A stretch of 64,000 nt of DNA from an uncultured virus (IMG/VR IMGVR_UViG_3300044717_000012) (Duplodnaviria; Heunggongvirae; Uroviricota; Caudoviricetes), in IMG/VR virus record IMGVR_UViG_3300044717_000012; one strand, written 5' to 3'. The stretch's first letter is position 1. Every line of letters starts with the position of its first letter. The notes below the pieces were generated by a model. It was not told the origin of the DNA. It did no database searches and saw only the letters and a list, made by a program, of their open reading frames with translations. Made by a program: the position numbers and the translations under genes. Positions 1 to 9,862 of this stretch are shown here, in pieces.

Positions 1-1
1 G

Positions 2-259
2 GGTCGCGGCATTCCAGAACGTGATAAAACCGTAGGTACCCGCGGGTACCGGGATGGTCAGCGCGCCTGAGTTGGCCTGTGTGCCTCCCGTGACGCTGGC
101 CCAGGCCAATCCCTGCCGTGCGTACGAACCGCCGGACGCCTCGCCAGCGTTGGCCGTAGTGCCCAGGCCAGGATCCACGAGCGTGTGAGCGCCCGCGAAG
201 CTGATCTGACCCGAGATACCGGTGCACGCGGCATTCTTGGTAGTTACGTTAAATGGCAC
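2..259 (-). CDS. Minor tail/tail-fibre-type protein, 5' part (runs off window)
   Basis: Hand translation from GTG 259 (RBS GCAGGAGG): MPFNVTTKNAAC...GEASGGSYARQGLAW...TIPVPAGTYGFITFWNAAT; EaSGGSYARQ..W motif typical of actinophage tail proteins; not in ORF track. Confidence 0.7.
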   Translation of the reverse strand, partial: MPFNVTTKNAACTGISGQISFAGAHTLVDPGLGTTANAGEASGGSYARQGLAWASVTGGTQANSGALTIPVPAGTYGFITFWNAAT

Positions 260-272
260 TGCACAGACCTCC

Positions 273-286
273 TGCTACACTAAGTC
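273..286 (+). promoter_or_regulatory. Extended -10 leaderless promoter (TGcTACACT, 5 nt before ATG 287)
   Basis: TGnTAnnnT directly upstream of the ATG, no SD. Confidence 0.55.
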
Positions 287-472
287 ATGACAGAATGCGA
301 GTGCATTATTACGCTTGCTCGCCAGGGTGATATCGGTGAAATACGGGAGTGTCCTCAGTGCGGCCGGCGTTACGAGTTGATCAGTCGTGAAGTACACGGC
401 AGGCTAGGATGGTTAGCTCGCCAATTGTGGTACGAGATATGTAACTGGTTAAAACGTCAGACTGTCCGGTAG
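287..472 (+). CDS. Small Cys-rich (zinc-ribbon-like) protein, antisense to tail operon
   Basis: CEC...CPQCGRRY; fills an intergenic gap; resembles 22574 and 22844 ORFs. Confidence 0.6.
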   Translation: MTECECIITLARQGDIGEIRECPQCGRRYELISREVHGRLGWLARQLWYEICNWLKRQTVR

Positions 473-892
473 CGCGTCAAATGCCACCTCATAGATTTCA
501 TCCACAACACGCGCAGTGTCATTGGTTACCGGATTCCACATCTTTGCCTGAATCAGTGCCATAGGTGCGCGCCAATTGTCAGTCTGCGCTGGCGTCACAT
601 GGATGCGAATGCGGTAAGGATCTGTGTTGTCATTTCCGATGCCGGCGACGATGACGCCTTGGGTGCCGGTCGGTGCAGTTGACCATTCGGACATCACGGG
701 GTTTTGCATGCGGTACTGCCAGACACGCCGGCCAAGCGGAATGCGCGCATACCAGGCCCGGGCGACCGCGTGTACTTTCCAGCCGGTGACATCGATGAGA
801 TCACCCGTGCGCACGCTGCGGATATTCAGCGCTTCTATCCAGCAGTCCTCACCCTGACGGATCACACCCGCGGCAGCGTGCGGCGCAGTCAT
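449..892 (-). CDS. Hypothetical protein in tail module
   Basis: 147 aa, coupled to upstream tail gene. Confidence 0.7.
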   Translation of the reverse strand: MTAPHAAAGVIRQGEDCWIEALNIRSVRTGDLIDVTGWKVHAVARAWYARIPLGRRVWQYRMQNPVMSEWSTAPTGTQGVIVAGIGNDNTDPYRIRIHVTPAQTDNWRAPMALIQAKMWNPVTNDTARVVDEIYEVAFDALPDSLTF

Positions 893-1404
893 CAGAAGTC
901 CCCAATGATGGTGCTCGGACCCATGTTCGTCACAATGAGGCTGGTCGGCATGACTGGTGTGATTGTGCCGGTGCCGGCACCTAAGTGCACGATGGTGCCG
1001 GCGAAATACTGCAGCTCTGGCACGGTTGTCTTATAGATCACCTGCATATATCCGTAACTGATGTTCGGCGTGACGTAAACACCCAGCGCTACGGTCTCCC
1101 CGATGATGGTGCCGGCCACACTGGTTGTGCGTATTCGCATAGTCGCGTCATTGCCGGCTACGCTGGCAGTAAAAGCTAGGAAGTATTCGAGCTTAAACGC
1201 ACTGGCACCCACCAGAGCAAGTGTTTGGGTGTCAATGACTGTGGCCTCGATGGTGGATGTAGCAGAGCCCGGGGCTACCCGGCGCTTACCGCCGATGACA
1301 CCTAATGCATCTATTGACTGCGCAAGGCTCTGCACCCCCGCGGGACCGCTAGGGATGTCCCCTAAGTTGGGGAACGGTAGCCCAAATTTGGAGGTATTAC
1401 CCAC
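892..1404 (-). CDS. Minor tail protein
   Basis: N-terminal TSKFGLPFP..D..G..Q.LA..ID motif of actinophage tail proteins. Confidence 0.7.
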   Translation of the reverse strand: MGNTSKFGLPFPNLGDIPSGPAGVQSLAQSIDALGVIGGKRRVAPGSATSTIEATVIDTQTLALVGASAFKLEYFLAFTASVAGNDATMRIRTTSVAGTIIGETVALGVYVTPNISYGYMQVIYKTTVPELQYFAGTIVHLGAGTGTITPVMPTSLIVTNMGPSTIIGDF

Positions 1405-1421
1405 TGGCCCATAACCTCCGA

Positions 1422-2663
1422 TTACTTGGCATACGTGAGCTGTATGTACGGCTGGTAACTGGCGGTGCCAAATCCGCGGAAACCGGTTGATGCGTCACTA
1501 AATCCAGCCGGGCCACCCAAGACACTATTGGCATTGCTGTTGACTATGTAAGTCATCTGGCTAGCGATGTCAATGCTTCCCCAGCCCGGTATCGTGCCCC
1601 ATGCACCTTGGACGTCAGTGCCACCAACACCATTGGTGGGGAATGTGGTCTGAATGGTGGAGGTCGGGCTCCAAAACCAATTGTAGTCACCTGCTGAGCT
1701 GTCACAACGGAAGCAGTACAAAAACATTTGTGCAGACAGAATTGTGGCGCCGGTGAGGTCAGTGCGCATCTGTGTGGCATTAAAGGTCCACATATGCCGC
1801 TCGCTGCCGAATGACCGGCCGCTAAAGGACCCAAAGTATATATTGTTGTCGCCATCGGGACTGCCAATAAATGCGCCGTTGTGATCGTAGCTGCGCGAGC
1901 CCGTGGCAGTGTAGATCTTGGTGTAGGTGTCCGCGACTCCTGCGCCGGCAACCAGCTCACTGATGCGTAGCCACGAGCCTTGATTGAGGGTGCCCGCCGT
2001 GCCTGCAGAGGCCAGCGCGGTGCGCAGCTGCAACAGCCCGGGGGTGTCCGTGGTCTTAAACCAACCAGAGGGACGGCAGGTGGCCAGTGCGCCTAGGCCC
2101 TGAATGGTCTGTGTGGTGGTGTCTCCGTACGCAGTCATCGTATCGGTGAGAATTTCGTTAAGCGATGCATTCGACAGACCGAACATTGACCATTTGCACG
2201 CCATGTTCGGTGGCCCATTCCACGCAAATTTGATGTCTTGCGAGGTTGTGGAATTGTAGTAGAGCGCACCGTCTACGGCATATTCGGTGTTATCTTTGAT
2301 TAGAAAGTTCAGGTTGCCCGCATCAGCCAGCGTGATGGTGGTCAAGGGTATGTCGGATCCTACCCGGCGATGGCGTATCGGATCGAGAAACGCTACGGCG
2401 CCTGCAACAGCAAGCATCCCGAGAATAATGTAACCACCCGGAACCTTGGCCAGCAGAACCGTACCCTCAGTTAATCCCAGGGGACTGACTGAGGGGAGAT
2501 TGCGATAGGTTACCGGACCTACCACAACCGTGTTGGTGTGAGATATCGAATCCCATTGCGTCATTATCCCGCCAGCCCAATCTTGGGTTAGCGTGGGAAC
2601 TTGTGGGACATTGTACGGCGAAATGAATAACCGCGATAACCCAAATGCATCAGGTGAAGTCAT
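1422..2663 (-). CDS. Minor tail protein (candidate receptor-binding)
   Basis: 413 aa, beta/Gly-Thr-Ser rich, follows baseplate-hub-like gene. Confidence 0.75.
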   Translation of the reverse strand: MTSPDAFGLSRLFISPYNVPQVPTLTQDWAGGIMTQWDSISHTNTVVVGPVTYRNLPSVSPLGLTEGTVLLAKVPGGYIILGMLAVAGAVAFLDPIRHRRVGSDIPLTTITLADAGNLNFLIKDNTEYAVDGALYYNSTTSQDIKFAWNGPPNMACKWSMFGLSNASLNEILTDTMTAYGDTTTQTIQGLGALATCRPSGWFKTTDTPGLLQLRTALASAGTAGTLNQGSWLRISELVAGAGVADTYTKIYTATGSRSYDHNGAFIGSPDGDNNIYFGSFSGRSFGSERHMWTFNATQMRTDLTGATILSAQMFLYCFRCDSSAGDYNWFWSPTSTIQTTFPTNGVGGTDVQGAWGTIPGWGSIDIASQMTYIVNSNANSVLGGPAGFSDASTGFRGFGTASYQPYIQLTYAK

Positions 2664-3871
2664 TATGGCCCCAGGAATCCCAGACCCAACCCGTACCCCT
2701 CGGTAGCGGTCGGGATCCGTGTGGTAATGGTGCCGCCTGTTGCTGCGGTCAATGGCATCACAAAAGAATCAATAATGCAGCGGACCGGATCCATACCGGG
2801 ACGGTAGATTACGTCAATAGGATCATTGGTCTCCAGCGCTGGGTTAGGAATCACCGTGAGCGTGTTGGTTTCCGGTAGCATCCGATATCGACGTAGCAGT
2901 GTCTCGCCGGCGAGCTCCACATCGGCATTGGTCTGCAGCAAGGGTGAGGAATAGTACGTGGGTGCCGGGCCGAATGCCGGGTAGGTGGTTTTGTTGAAAG
3001 CCAGCGCTGATGCCGGGTCATTATTCAGGGTGATGATAAAGTCGGTTATGCTGGTCGGGTCACTTCCGTATGCGGTAACTGAATTTGCCACGTCCGTACG
3101 CTTAGTTACCCGCTTGGCTTTGATGATCTGGCCGCCGGCTCCACCGGTCAGCGTGTACACGGGGTAGCTGGCATCAATGGCAATCGAGTAGACCAGCAAC
3201 TCACCCGTATATGTGAATCGCATCATGCTGGCGTTGTATATCTTGATCAGGTCTCGCAGATAGCCATAGGCGTCATCCTCGACAATCTGATCGCCAATGA
3301 TAGTGGTGGTATCCGGGTTGTAACTAGTCCAGCTGATGGGTATGCGCGCGTTGGGATATGCCGCGAAGCCAGACGGCGAGAGCCCGGGGTAAGTAGCTTG
3401 CTGTGGGATTGCTATGCCATTAAACAACCGGTGAAAAACACTACGGTGGCTGTCCGCATTGTTGAGCGGCAAGGGAAATGCCAATTTATTTTGCTGCAGC
3501 TGGGCTATCCGGTCAAGCCCCTGGATACTCACCGGTCCATAGGGTGCCTCATCCTGAGTGATCTGCTCAATGCGGTAATAACCCAGGCCCACTAATTCGC
3601 GATCACCGTTAGCAAATTCCACGCCACGCTCGATGAACAATTCGGTGCCGTAAGGTTTCAGCACGGAGTAGTAGTCACCTGGCACAGTGAGCGAGAGTGT
3701 GGATTTCACATCAGACAATGACTGTGTGGTGATCGAGCCGCTAATAATGGGGATCTCGGTGCCTGTTGGGTTCAGTCCGAACTGCGGTGCTGCATCTACG
3801 AGCACGGCGCGCGATGCTACTTTGTGCGGTCCTTTCACCGCGGCCAGAAAACGACTGGACACACTGCGCAC
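2663..3871 (-). CDS. Minor tail protein (DUF5047-like baseplate hub)
   Basis: MRSVSSRFLAAV..H, GTELFIERGVEF..LGYYRI, YYSSPLL, PNPALE.ND motifs. Confidence 0.8.
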   Translation of the reverse strand: MRSVSSRFLAAVKGPHKVASRAVLVDAAPQFGLNPTGTEIPIISGSITTQSLSDVKSTLSLTVPGDYYSVLKPYGTELFIERGVEFANGDRELVGLGYYRIEQITQDEAPYGPVSIQGLDRIAQLQQNKLAFPLPLNNADSHRSVFHRLFNGIAIPQQATYPGLSPSGFAAYPNARIPISWTSYNPDTTTIIGDQIVEDDAYGYLRDLIKIYNASMMRFTYTGELLVYSIAIDASYPVYTLTGGAGGQIIKAKRVTKRTDVANSVTAYGSDPTSITDFIITLNNDPASALAFNKTTYPAFGPAPTYYSSPLLQTNADVELAGETLLRRYRMLPETNTLTVIPNPALETNDPIDVIYRPGMDPVRCIIDSFVMPLTAATGGTITTRIPTATEGYGLGLGFLGP

Positions 3872-5286
3872 TAGTGGCCTACCAGTGCATCAGCCGGCGT
3901 GCCGGACAGCGCGAGCACAGCCGCCCACGTGGCATTGGCATTGATCACGTCTTGCCACGTAGCATAATTAGTTATCAGAGTTGCCCATGTCACGGTATTA
4001 CCGCCAAGTGAGACATCAGGCATGGTGACCTCAGTGAGCGGTACCGTGTAGTTGTTGTTGTGGCTCAAGTGCGCGGGCCGGGTGTATTTGTAGTTGCCCA
4101 GTGATGCATACATGCTCTTGAGCGCGCAGTTCGGGGGAACTGAGAGCAGCATGATGTTGCCGAGTGAGAGCAACAGATCCAGTGCGGCTGTCTCGGCATC
4201 CCCCGTTGTCCACAGATTGATATTAACGGTGCGCGGTGACGCCATGTCCGTAACCGCGCTCGCGTCACGCTTGCCGATCACGCTGTAGGTGATGGCCCGG
4301 CTACTGCGGTTGAGGTCATCCCAGTCAATCAAGGTCACGGTGCGGTTGAGGTAGGGCGCGGTGGGCACTTTGAGCCAGACCTGCGATTGCACGGGGGTCA
4401 CGGTGGCCGTGGTGCGCAGGACGTAGACCGCACTGCGCAGAGCCACTACCGCGCCGTAGCTGATGGCTGCGCTGCCGCCGGTCACGGTAAATGCCCCGCC
4501 GATGACGGGTGCCGGCGTGGTTTGCACTTGGTAATCCCAGACCTGCCCGGCACCACTGCCCGCTGTACTGGTGACCTCGCCGATCTCGGTAGCTCCGCTG
4601 ATAGTGGCGACGTTAGGCACTGTCCAGCTGGATTGGCGCCAACCGAAATACAAGATCACATCCCAGCTGGACTGGAATGCCGCCACGCCCGGATAGGTGA
4701 TGTTGGCCCCGCTAGGATTGAGCTGATAGGCCGTGGTGGCGGGGATGAGCTCGGTGTTGCGCCAGGCTGCCATCTGGGAGAGCACGTCTGCGCCGGCCGC
4801 ACCGCCCGTGACGGTGACCGTAGGAGCCGACTCAGCCACTGCCGCGCGTTTGCCGAACAGTGCCCAGTTGTCGGCCGCCAGCAGTGCTGTGTAGCCCGTG
4901 GGGGCCACTACGGTGCCCGTGCCGCTGTTGCGGATGCTGGCCAGGATGAGTAACAGGTCGCCCTCTTGCCAGCCCGCCGGTAGGGCCGGGGTCACGCTGG
5001 CGTTGTTGGCAGTCGCTGCGGTGCCGGCGGCAACAAAGCTGGGCGCAGCCGCGGATACCGCGGACACCCGGTAGTAGTTCAGGATCCCCGGGCTGTACTC
5101 GTAGTCAAAGCAGCTGGCCGCGTTGCTCGCTACCGGTACCGCGGAGCTGCCCCGAACTGACCGCCAGTGCACATTGTCGTTTGACCACTCGAATGCCGCC
5201 GTGGTGGCGATAGCCGGTAGGTTGGTGGCAGCGATGAGCACCCGGCCCCGCGAATCATCGTAGGTGGCAGTGACGTTGATAGTCAT
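3871..5286 (-). CDS. Minor tail protein (distal-tail-like, with inserted beta domain)
   Basis: Follows tape measure; DYEY..G..YYRV, WLK.P..PYLN, C-terminal TWATL..YATWQDV repeats. Confidence 0.75.
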   Translation of the reverse strand: MTINVTATYDDSRGRVLIAATNLPAIATTAAFEWSNDNVHWRSVRGSSAVPVASNAASCFDYEYSPGILNYYRVSAVSAAAPSFVAAGTAATANNASVTPALPAGWQEGDLLLILASIRNSGTGTVVAPTGYTALLAADNWALFGKRAAVAESAPTVTVTGGAAGADVLSQMAAWRNTELIPATTAYQLNPSGANITYPGVAAFQSSWDVILYFGWRQSSWTVPNVATISGATEIGEVTSTAGSGAGQVWDYQVQTTPAPVIGGAFTVTGGSAAISYGAVVALRSAVYVLRTTATVTPVQSQVWLKVPTAPYLNRTVTLIDWDDLNRSSRAITYSVIGKRDASAVTDMASPRTVNINLWTTGDAETAALDLLLSLGNIMLLSVPPNCALKSMYASLGNYKYTRPAHLSHNNNYTVPLTEVTMPDVSLGGNTVTWATLITNYATWQDVINANATWAAVLALSGTPADALVGH

Positions 5287-5474
5287 CCGTCATCATCCGG
5301 CCGGTAGACCGCTATTGACTGGGCACAAACAGCAATAACCCGGATGCCAGGCAGTAGTTTCTCTAATTCGCCGGCTACTTCATCAGCATCTCTGCGTGAA
5401 TTCACGTTCGGCACCACTACTATCAGGATGTCACCCGGCTTGGCAACAGCGGCATAAAAATTGATATCAGTCAC
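5283..5474 (-). CDS. Hypothetical protein
   Basis: 63 aa, 4-nt overlaps with both neighbours. Confidence 0.6.
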   Translation of the reverse strand: MTDINFYAAVAKPGDILIVVVPNVNSRRDADEVAGELEKLLPGIRVIAVCAQSIAVYRPDDDG

Positions 5475-6628
5475 GCGAATGACCCCCCGCCCATGCGCGC
5501 TGTCATGGCCACACCCGCTGCATATCGGTCAATTTCATGCGACACGATATCACGCAGCTCACTATCACCAATCTTGACCGTGACGCTGGTATGGCCCGTG
5601 TGGATATTCGGGCTGATAAATCCGCCGCTACCGCCCATGGTCAGCACCTCTGGCCCGCGCTCACCCACGAGATAGGATTGTCCCGCAAGTACCGGGCCAC
5701 CTGCTGCCCGGCCGAACAGACCAGAGAAAAACGAGCCCACGCCTGATACCAGACCGCTGATAAACCCGCCGATGCCACCACCACCACTCGCAGCGGCACC
5801 CGTGCTGCCGGATCCTCCCCCGGTGATGCCGCCGGCAATACCAGTTATTGAGCTGATGCCGGTAAGAATCGGGGTGATAAATCCCATCACGGTGGTGAAC
5901 AAACCAATCAATCGGGTGACCAGCGGCAGCACAAAGTTGGTCATAATCGCAGCGAAGTCAGACATCAGCGTGATCATGTCGGGCATGAGAGCTTTGACTA
6001 CCGGCTCCATGGACGTGCCCCATTTGGCGAATGCGGTAAACCACGAACTGATGGTGCTGACTACCTGAGGCTCTGTGAGGAATTCCACGAGATCATGGCG
6101 CAACGTGCCCAGTATCGTGCTGATACCACCCATGCCCGCGCCCAGCACCGGAAAATAGACCTTAGCCAGATTATTGATATCGTCCGCTGCACCAGCCCAG
6201 AATCCTTGCTGGATAATACCATAAAGGTTTTTGATCTCTGGCGACAATAGTCTGGTAGCCATCACTGCATCACGCATTGCTGGCGCCATATTTCGGGTAG
6301 CAGCAACAAATGCTTGCGGACTGGACGCACTGATGGCATTCGAGAAATTCACAGTCGCCATGCTGACGATATTCATTGGGTTAACGAGTGCCATCAACAG
6401 ACCTGGCATGATAAATACCATGCGGGCCATCGATGCCAATCCGCCGACCACATCGCCAATGATCGGTTTCACGTTGCCGTGCAATAATGCTTGCGACAGA
6501 TCCTTACCAATTTTGACACCAGCGTTGCCCACGCGGGATATTTCGGTTACTGCCTTGCGGGTAGATCCGACCAACCCGCCAATAGAGCCCTTGAAATTTA
6601 TGATAATGGAACGGGACGGCGAGGCCAC
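5471..6628 (-). CDS. Tape measure protein (short, 385 aa)
   Basis: Helical Ala/Gly/Leu-rich; C-terminal GRAAGGPV..GQSYLVGERGPE motif; synteny. Confidence 0.75.
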   Translation of the reverse strand: MASPSRSIIINFKGSIGGLVGSTRKAVTEISRVGNAGVKIGKDLSQALLHGNVKPIIGDVVGGLASMARMVFIMPGLLMALVNPMNIVSMATVNFSNAISASSPQAFVAATRNMAPAMRDAVMATRLLSPEIKNLYGIIQQGFWAGAADDINNLAKVYFPVLGAGMGGISTILGTLRHDLVEFLTEPQVVSTISSWFTAFAKWGTSMEPVVKALMPDMITLMSDFAAIMTNFVLPLVTRLIGLFTTVMGFITPILTGISSITGIAGGITGGGSGSTGAAASGGGGIGGFISGLVSGVGSFFSGLFGRAAGGPVLAGQSYLVGERGPEVLTMGGSGGFISPNIHTGHTSVTVKIGDSELRDIVSHEIDRYAAGVAMTARMGGGSFA

Positions 6629-6671
6629 AGCACTCCCATCACAACGTTACTGATGAGTAACAGCACCTGCG

Positions 6672-8297
6672 TTAAGCGCCGTCATCGCTACCGTCATCGG
6701 GTAATTCTGGCGGGTTGTCGAACTGCGTACGCACGCTGCCCATGCCGCCCAAGGGACTAGACCACATATCCTGTGCATTCGGATTTGGCGCGCCCGGTTG
6801 GACCGGATCACCAATACCAGTAGCCTCATCATCTACACTGAATCCCGTAGGCTGGGCACCCATTGATTGCATGGTCTGCGCAACAAAAGCCGCGTCATCA
6901 GGATTATTGTAGACAATCCCGTTATCATCATTACGATATCCAGCGAAATCATCCCCCTGATACGCGCGGTTTAATATCCCCTGCCCGCCTTGGGCCATGT
7001 CTTTGGCTTGCCCCGCGAGTACTGCGCCGTGAGATTGGATACCCGGACCCATATTATCCCAGACACCCTCATTGGGTACTGATTGGCCAGTCCATGCCTC
7101 ACTGTTAAAACCGGTACCAGGATGGTCAAACGAGCCGATGGCATTATCGAGCTTACCCATCACCGCACCGCCCACAGACTGGTTAGTGCTCGCGGGGGTA
7201 GTAGCGTCCTGCCCTGCCACTGGCCCGGGTGCCATCGGACCAGCTGGCGCGAACTGCCCCGAGATATCTGCACCGCCACCGCTGCCGGGGATCATATCGG
7301 CTGGTGTCATTCCCGGCATGGGCATCGGGCCGCCGGATGTAGGTGGCGGTGCTGGAGAACTGCTCATAGTGCCATCACCGGGGGAACCGACCGCACCCCC
7401 GCCACCTGGCATGGGTGGCCCATCGCCGGCTATTGGTGGCGCTGGCGGTAATGGTGGAGGATTGGCTGCCGCCCACGCTGCCACCGCAGAGGTGAACCAC
7501 CCATGGGTGTCGCTGGCGAACTGCGGAGCGCTGCCCCCCTCGGATCCAAACGCCATGATCGATGCCGGCGCGCCTTTGTGCCCGACTGAGGACATGCCAC
7601 CCACCATGATGGCAATGCCGCTCAGTACCGCGGTGCCGGCCACGAGAGCGGCATGCGGGCCTGAGCTCGATGCGGCTGCAGCCACGGCAGAGGTGAGGCT
7701 GTCCGTAGCCCCAGGGACGTTTGCGCTGAGGTAGCCGGCAGCACCCCCGCCACCACCACCTCCCGCGGGTGGTGGCTGGCCCGGGCCGCCAGGTGCACCG
7801 GGGGCAGCCATTGGACCGGCGCCGGGTAGTTGGCCGCCAGCGCCGGGGGGATTGACGACTCCTGACATCCCGGGCGTGGCGTAGGTTGCTGGATTGGGTG
7901 CCGCGGTTTGGTCAGGTGCGTTGCCGCCAGGCATCCCAGGAATACCCACGCCCTGGGTGGCTGTCAGGCCTGACAAGTTCTCGACAGAGCTCTGCATATT
8001 ACTGGCAAGTTGGTTAGATGCCTGCTCGAATTGGCTAACCTGCGTTGTGGGCATATCAGCAGTGATGCTGTCAGCAGTGGAAGCACCCGCTATCTGTGCT
8101 GCGTCATTGAGCATTGCCCCGGGTACCGGTTCCTCACCGGGCCGCACTACCGCACCGGGAACACCCGCGTTGACACCAAACCCGGGCAGGCTAGTGGGAG
8201 CATCAAAATTCTCGGATGCCTCCCCAGTGAGCCCGGCGTCACCCTCCCACGCGTCACCAGTCCGGTCAGCCTCGGTAAAGTTCATCGGATTGGACAC
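6672..8297 (-). CDS. Low-complexity Gly/Pro/Ala/Met-rich 541-aa protein between chaperone and tape measure
   Basis: Long ORF filling the interval; one central hydrophobic stretch. Confidence 0.65.
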   Translation of the reverse strand: MSNPMNFTEADRTGDAWEGDAGLTGEASENFDAPTSLPGFGVNAGVPGAVVRPGEEPVPGAMLNDAAQIAGASTADSITADMPTTQVSQFEQASNQLASNMQSSVENLSGLTATQGVGIPGMPGGNAPDQTAAPNPATYATPGMSGVVNPPGAGGQLPGAGPMAAPGAPGGPGQPPPAGGGGGGGAAGYLSANVPGATDSLTSAVAAAASSSGPHAALVAGTAVLSGIAIMVGGMSSVGHKGAPASIMAFGSEGGSAPQFASDTHGWFTSAVAAWAAANPPPLPPAPPIAGDGPPMPGGGGAVGSPGDGTMSSSPAPPPTSGGPMPMPGMTPADMIPGSGGGADISGQFAPAGPMAPGPVAGQDATTPASTNQSVGGAVMGKLDNAIGSFDHPGTGFNSEAWTGQSVPNEGVWDNMGPGIQSHGAVLAGQAKDMAQGGQGILNRAYQGDDFAGYRNDDNGIVYNNPDDAAFVAQTMQSMGAQPTGFSVDDEATGIGDPVQPGAPNPNAQDMWSSPLGGMGSVRTQFDNPPELPDDGSDDGA

Positions 8298-8308
8298 GTG
8301 TACACCAC

Positions 8309-8520
8309 CTAGCCTGACATCTGTCTGCCTTGCTCATCGAAAGTTGCACCACTACGCGGGTCACGTGACATTTGCTCATCACGTTTGTTGCGCTGTTCTA
8401 GCAATTCCATCGCAGTGGCAATACTGCGCAAATCCTGCTTCCACCACACTTCCGGGCCAATCCCGCTGGCCAATGCCAGAGCAAGAATGGTACGGGTCAG
8501 CGACCCGGCAGCGTAGGGAC
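8309..8520 (-). CDS. Tail assembly chaperone C-terminal (-1 frameshift) extension
   Basis: Open -1 frame PYAAGSLTRTILALALASGIGPEVWWKQDLRSIATAMELLEQ... to TAG 8309-8311; candidate slip site GTCCCTAC. Confidence 0.7.
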
Positions 8521-8898
8521 CGGCTCTAATGACCTCAGCCGCAAACTGTCGAGCAATTCCACAACAGCATCTGTCACTCGCGCGGCAGTGGCATCTGGCG
8601 CGGCCATAGTTTTGTCAACCAGCGCGAGCAATTCCTCATAGTCCAGTACCTCAGAGGTATCCATCAGCGCCTCTACCGCGTACGTCTCCACATAATCATC
8701 ATAGGGTGGTATCTCGCGTACTCGCTGACGTTTCATAGCCAGATGCGACAATGAATAGTAATCATCCACGCAAGGCTGTTCCGCGATACGGCGCAGTGTG
8801 TTGCGCGGGTTGACGCGTTCCCACAGTCGGACATCGCGGCTGTCTGCTTTGATGCGGAATGCTTCACCGTCATCCGGTTTTATGATAAACGTGATCAC
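8497..8898 (-). CDS. Tail assembly chaperone
   Basis: A.SRDVRLWER motif; between tail and tape-measure genes; overlapping -1 frame. Confidence 0.7.
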   Translation of the reverse strand: MITFIIKPDDGEAFRIKADSRDVRLWERVNPRNTLRRIAEQPCVDDYYSLSHLAMKRQRVREIPPYDDYVETYAVEALMDTSEVLDYEELLALVDKTMAAPDATAARVTDAVVELLDSLRLRSLEPVPTLPGR

Positions 8899-9404
8899 GC
8901 GCTGGCTCCAATCACCGCGATTGTGTACGTCACTGTTGACCCTGCACCCGAGTTAGCAACCTGCAATAAATCCCCCGTGCCCGCAGTCACTGTGTAGCCC
9001 ACCGCGTCATTGGCACCCACAAACCATGCAACCGTACCGCCAGGGCGCACTGGTGTAGTGTGCGTGGTGGCCCCAAACAAAGTAGCCAGCGTGGTTGCGC
9101 CACCACCGATCACCACATTGTTTGTGTTACCCGCGGCAGCGGTGACCACCAACGCCTTGATGCGCGCCAAAGTGATCAGGTTATTGAGCAGGTCGCGCAG
9201 GGTGCCGGCAAAATCCCAAGTCTCTGACGTACTCGCCGCTAAGGTGCTCTGCACCCACCACGCCATATCAGCCTGACCCGCGCCAGTACCGTTAACTAAA
9301 TTCCATCCTAGCGGCAGATTGAGCGCAGCCTGCGCGGCACCCACTACAGGCGTTCCCACAATAGCGGCGGCCATTGAGAACTGTATGGTGGATTGCAATG
9401 TCAT
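8895..9404 (-). CDS. Probable virion structural protein
   Basis: Ala/Gly/Thr beta-rich, directly after major tail gene. Confidence 0.65.
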   Translation of the reverse strand: MTLQSTIQFSMAAAIVGTPVVGAAQAALNLPLGWNLVNGTGAGQADMAWWVQSTLAASTSETWDFAGTLRDLLNNLITLARIKALVVTAAAGNTNNVVIGGGATTLATLFGATTHTTPVRPGGTVAWFVGANDAVGYTVTAGTGDLLQVANSGAGSTVTYTIAVIGASA

Positions 9405-9410
9405 GGCAGA

Positions 9411-9848
9411 TCATCCAATCCGGCTATAGGGGGGCAACCCGAGTACAGGCAGCGTGACGGTTGTTTCCTCAGTGATGCGCGCGTCGCCACCAATGCTGGG
9501 TGCCCAGAGCTGGCATGTTCCCGTCCACCTCACGTGTTCGCCGACGATGTCGGGGTGATGGTCAAGGACAAATGCAGCGTACGCACGGTTATTGATAACG
9601 AGAAAATCAGATATACCGCCAGACCGCCAATCCGAAAAGAACCTGAGAGCGAGGGCATAGTCGTTATCGGTGTCCGTTCTGAATTCTGAAATGTTCCCCG
9701 CGTAGGTAAATGTCTTGGTGCCCAGTGCGGTGTTATTCTGCATCGTCCAGCTGGACATTTGTGTAGTAAAGTCCGTAGTGGCCAGCGTAAACGTGACCAC
9801 TTTGAGCCGTTGCTGATGCACCATGGGAGTGATAAGCGGTATCGTCAT
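9411..9848 (-). CDS. Major tail protein
   Basis: SDW..GISDFL..N, W.GT...P.IGG..R..E...LPV.G.P pattern; synteny. Confidence 0.7.
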   Translation of the reverse strand: MTIPLITPMVHQQRLKVVTFTLATTDFTTQMSSWTMQNNTALGTKTFTYAGNISEFRTDTDNDYALALRFFSDWRSGGISDFLVINNRAYAAFVLDHHPDIVGEHVRWTGTCQLWAPSIGGDARITEETTVTLPVLGLPPYSRIG

Positions 9849-9862
9849 TAGCGCAGCTCCTA

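Noticed and set aside
6672..8297. PE/PPE or collagen-like assignment for the 541-aa protein
   Set aside because: No PE/PPE N-domain, WXG motif or sustained Gly-X-Y periodicity; similarity is compositional only
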